DNA of 64,000 bases from Syntrophales bacterium (lineage in GTDB: Bacteria; Desulfobacterota; Syntrophia; Syntrophales; UBA2210), in contig CAXXKT010000001.1 of assembly GCA_963662405.2 (NCBI GenBank), positions 736,001-800,000 of the forward strand, read 5' to 3'. The notes beneath the pieces were generated by a model. That model worked only from the letters and a program-made list of their open reading frames with translations. It was not told where the DNA came from and did no database searches. The position numbers were made by a program, and so were the translations under genes. How positions within the stretch are numbered: position 1 is the first letter of the stretch; every line of letters starts with the position of its first letter. Positions 63,134 through 64,000 of this stretch are shown in pieces.

Positions 63134-63410
63134 TGGCCAGGCCAAGGACAGACCGTTCTCAATTATCTCAACGATTCAAATTTGTTGCGCCGAATAAAAT
63201 TTACGGGTTTCTTGGAAAGAATAGTGCTACCAGCAGCCGAGGGGCGATTTGAGGAAAAACCCTCCGAGAAACGTTCGATATTGGCACTAAAGCGGGGAAT
63301 CACTGCAAAAAGGGAAACATAATACGCACAAAACGGTGCGCATTGCGAACGATATGTTCTGATTTCGAACGAACATAGCACATGTTGCCTGCGTCAATTC
63401 CATGACTGCC

Positions 63411-63998
63411 CTACATTACCTCTTGTTGGCTCAGGTCTACCGCGCGATCAATCTCCGCCTTGAGAGGACCGGGCAGACCAGGGATATCGATGCTCAGGAA
63501 TCCCCTGACGATCGTTGCCGTCGCCTCTTCTTCCGTCAGGCCCCGTGACATCAGGTAGAGGATTTCTTCCTGGGCAATCTTACCGACCGCCGCCTCGTGT
63601 GACAGCTCAACGCCGTCGGCCATGCCGTTCAGTTCGGGAATCGCGTGCATGATTCCCCCGTTGAGGATCAAACCGTGACACTCAAGGTGACCGCGTACCC
63701 CTTCTACTTCGCCGATGATGTCACCGCGGGAGATAATGTTTCCCCCGTTGGTGATGGCCCGTGAGATGATCTCCGCACGCGTGTCCTTTGCCCTGAGATA
63801 GATACGCCCACCCACATCAAGCTCCGACCCGGGACTCCCCACGAGAAGGCTATAGGACCGGGCCACGGCCCCCTTCCCCACAAGATATACGGTCGGGTAC
63901 GACTGGACTGACTTGACCGGTTTCATCGATATGTAGTTGCTGAGGAAGAGCCCCCCTTTTTCGACGATTCCCACCGATCGAGGTCGTACTACCACGTT
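63411..63998 (-). CDS. SufB/SufD family Fe-S assembly protein; 5' end runs off the window end
   Basis: GHLECHGL, PEL, SHEAAVGKIAQEEILYLMSRGL. Confidence 0.9.
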   Translation of the reverse strand, partial: NVVVRPRSVGIVEKGGLFLSNYISMKPVKSVQSYPTVYLVGKGAVARSYSLLVGSPGSELDVGGRIYLRAKDTRAEIISRAITNGGNIISRGDIIGEVEGVRGHLECHGLILNGGIMHAIPELNGMADGVELSHEAAVGKIAQEEILYLMSRGLTEEEATATIVRGFLSIDIPGLPGPLKAEIDRAVDLSQQEVM

Positions 63999-64000
63999 CT

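Overview
GC-rich (roughly 55-60% by eye) chromosomal window from an anaerobe. Gene content (amtB-glnK, glpABC, paaK-ACT, stand-alone TrpB2, two-subunit CoA-transferase, SufB-like protein) suggests a Desulfobacterota/Syntrophales-like bacterium; this is inference only. It holds about 55 housekeeping and metabolic genes, including purL, glmM, rplU-rpmA-obgE-proB, ispB, msrAB, rarA and pdxST. I found no rRNA, tRNA, CRISPR array, transposase or integrase. The most notable signals lie outside the ORF track: (1) a 22-aa leader peptide with three tandem Trp codons, alternative hairpins and two related tandem terminators ahead of trpB2; (2) a PilZ gene restored to a 177-aa frame by removing one 13-bp repeat unit and one C from a C7 run; (3) a promoter-hairpin-terminator unit of about 80 nt (sRNA or leader) at 33.1-33.25 kb; (4) two consensus sigma-54 promoters; (5) a 1014-aa PHP-like membrane protein coupled to a glycerophosphodiesterase and glpABC; (6) several decayed genes. 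All calls come from motif recognition by eye, without database searches.
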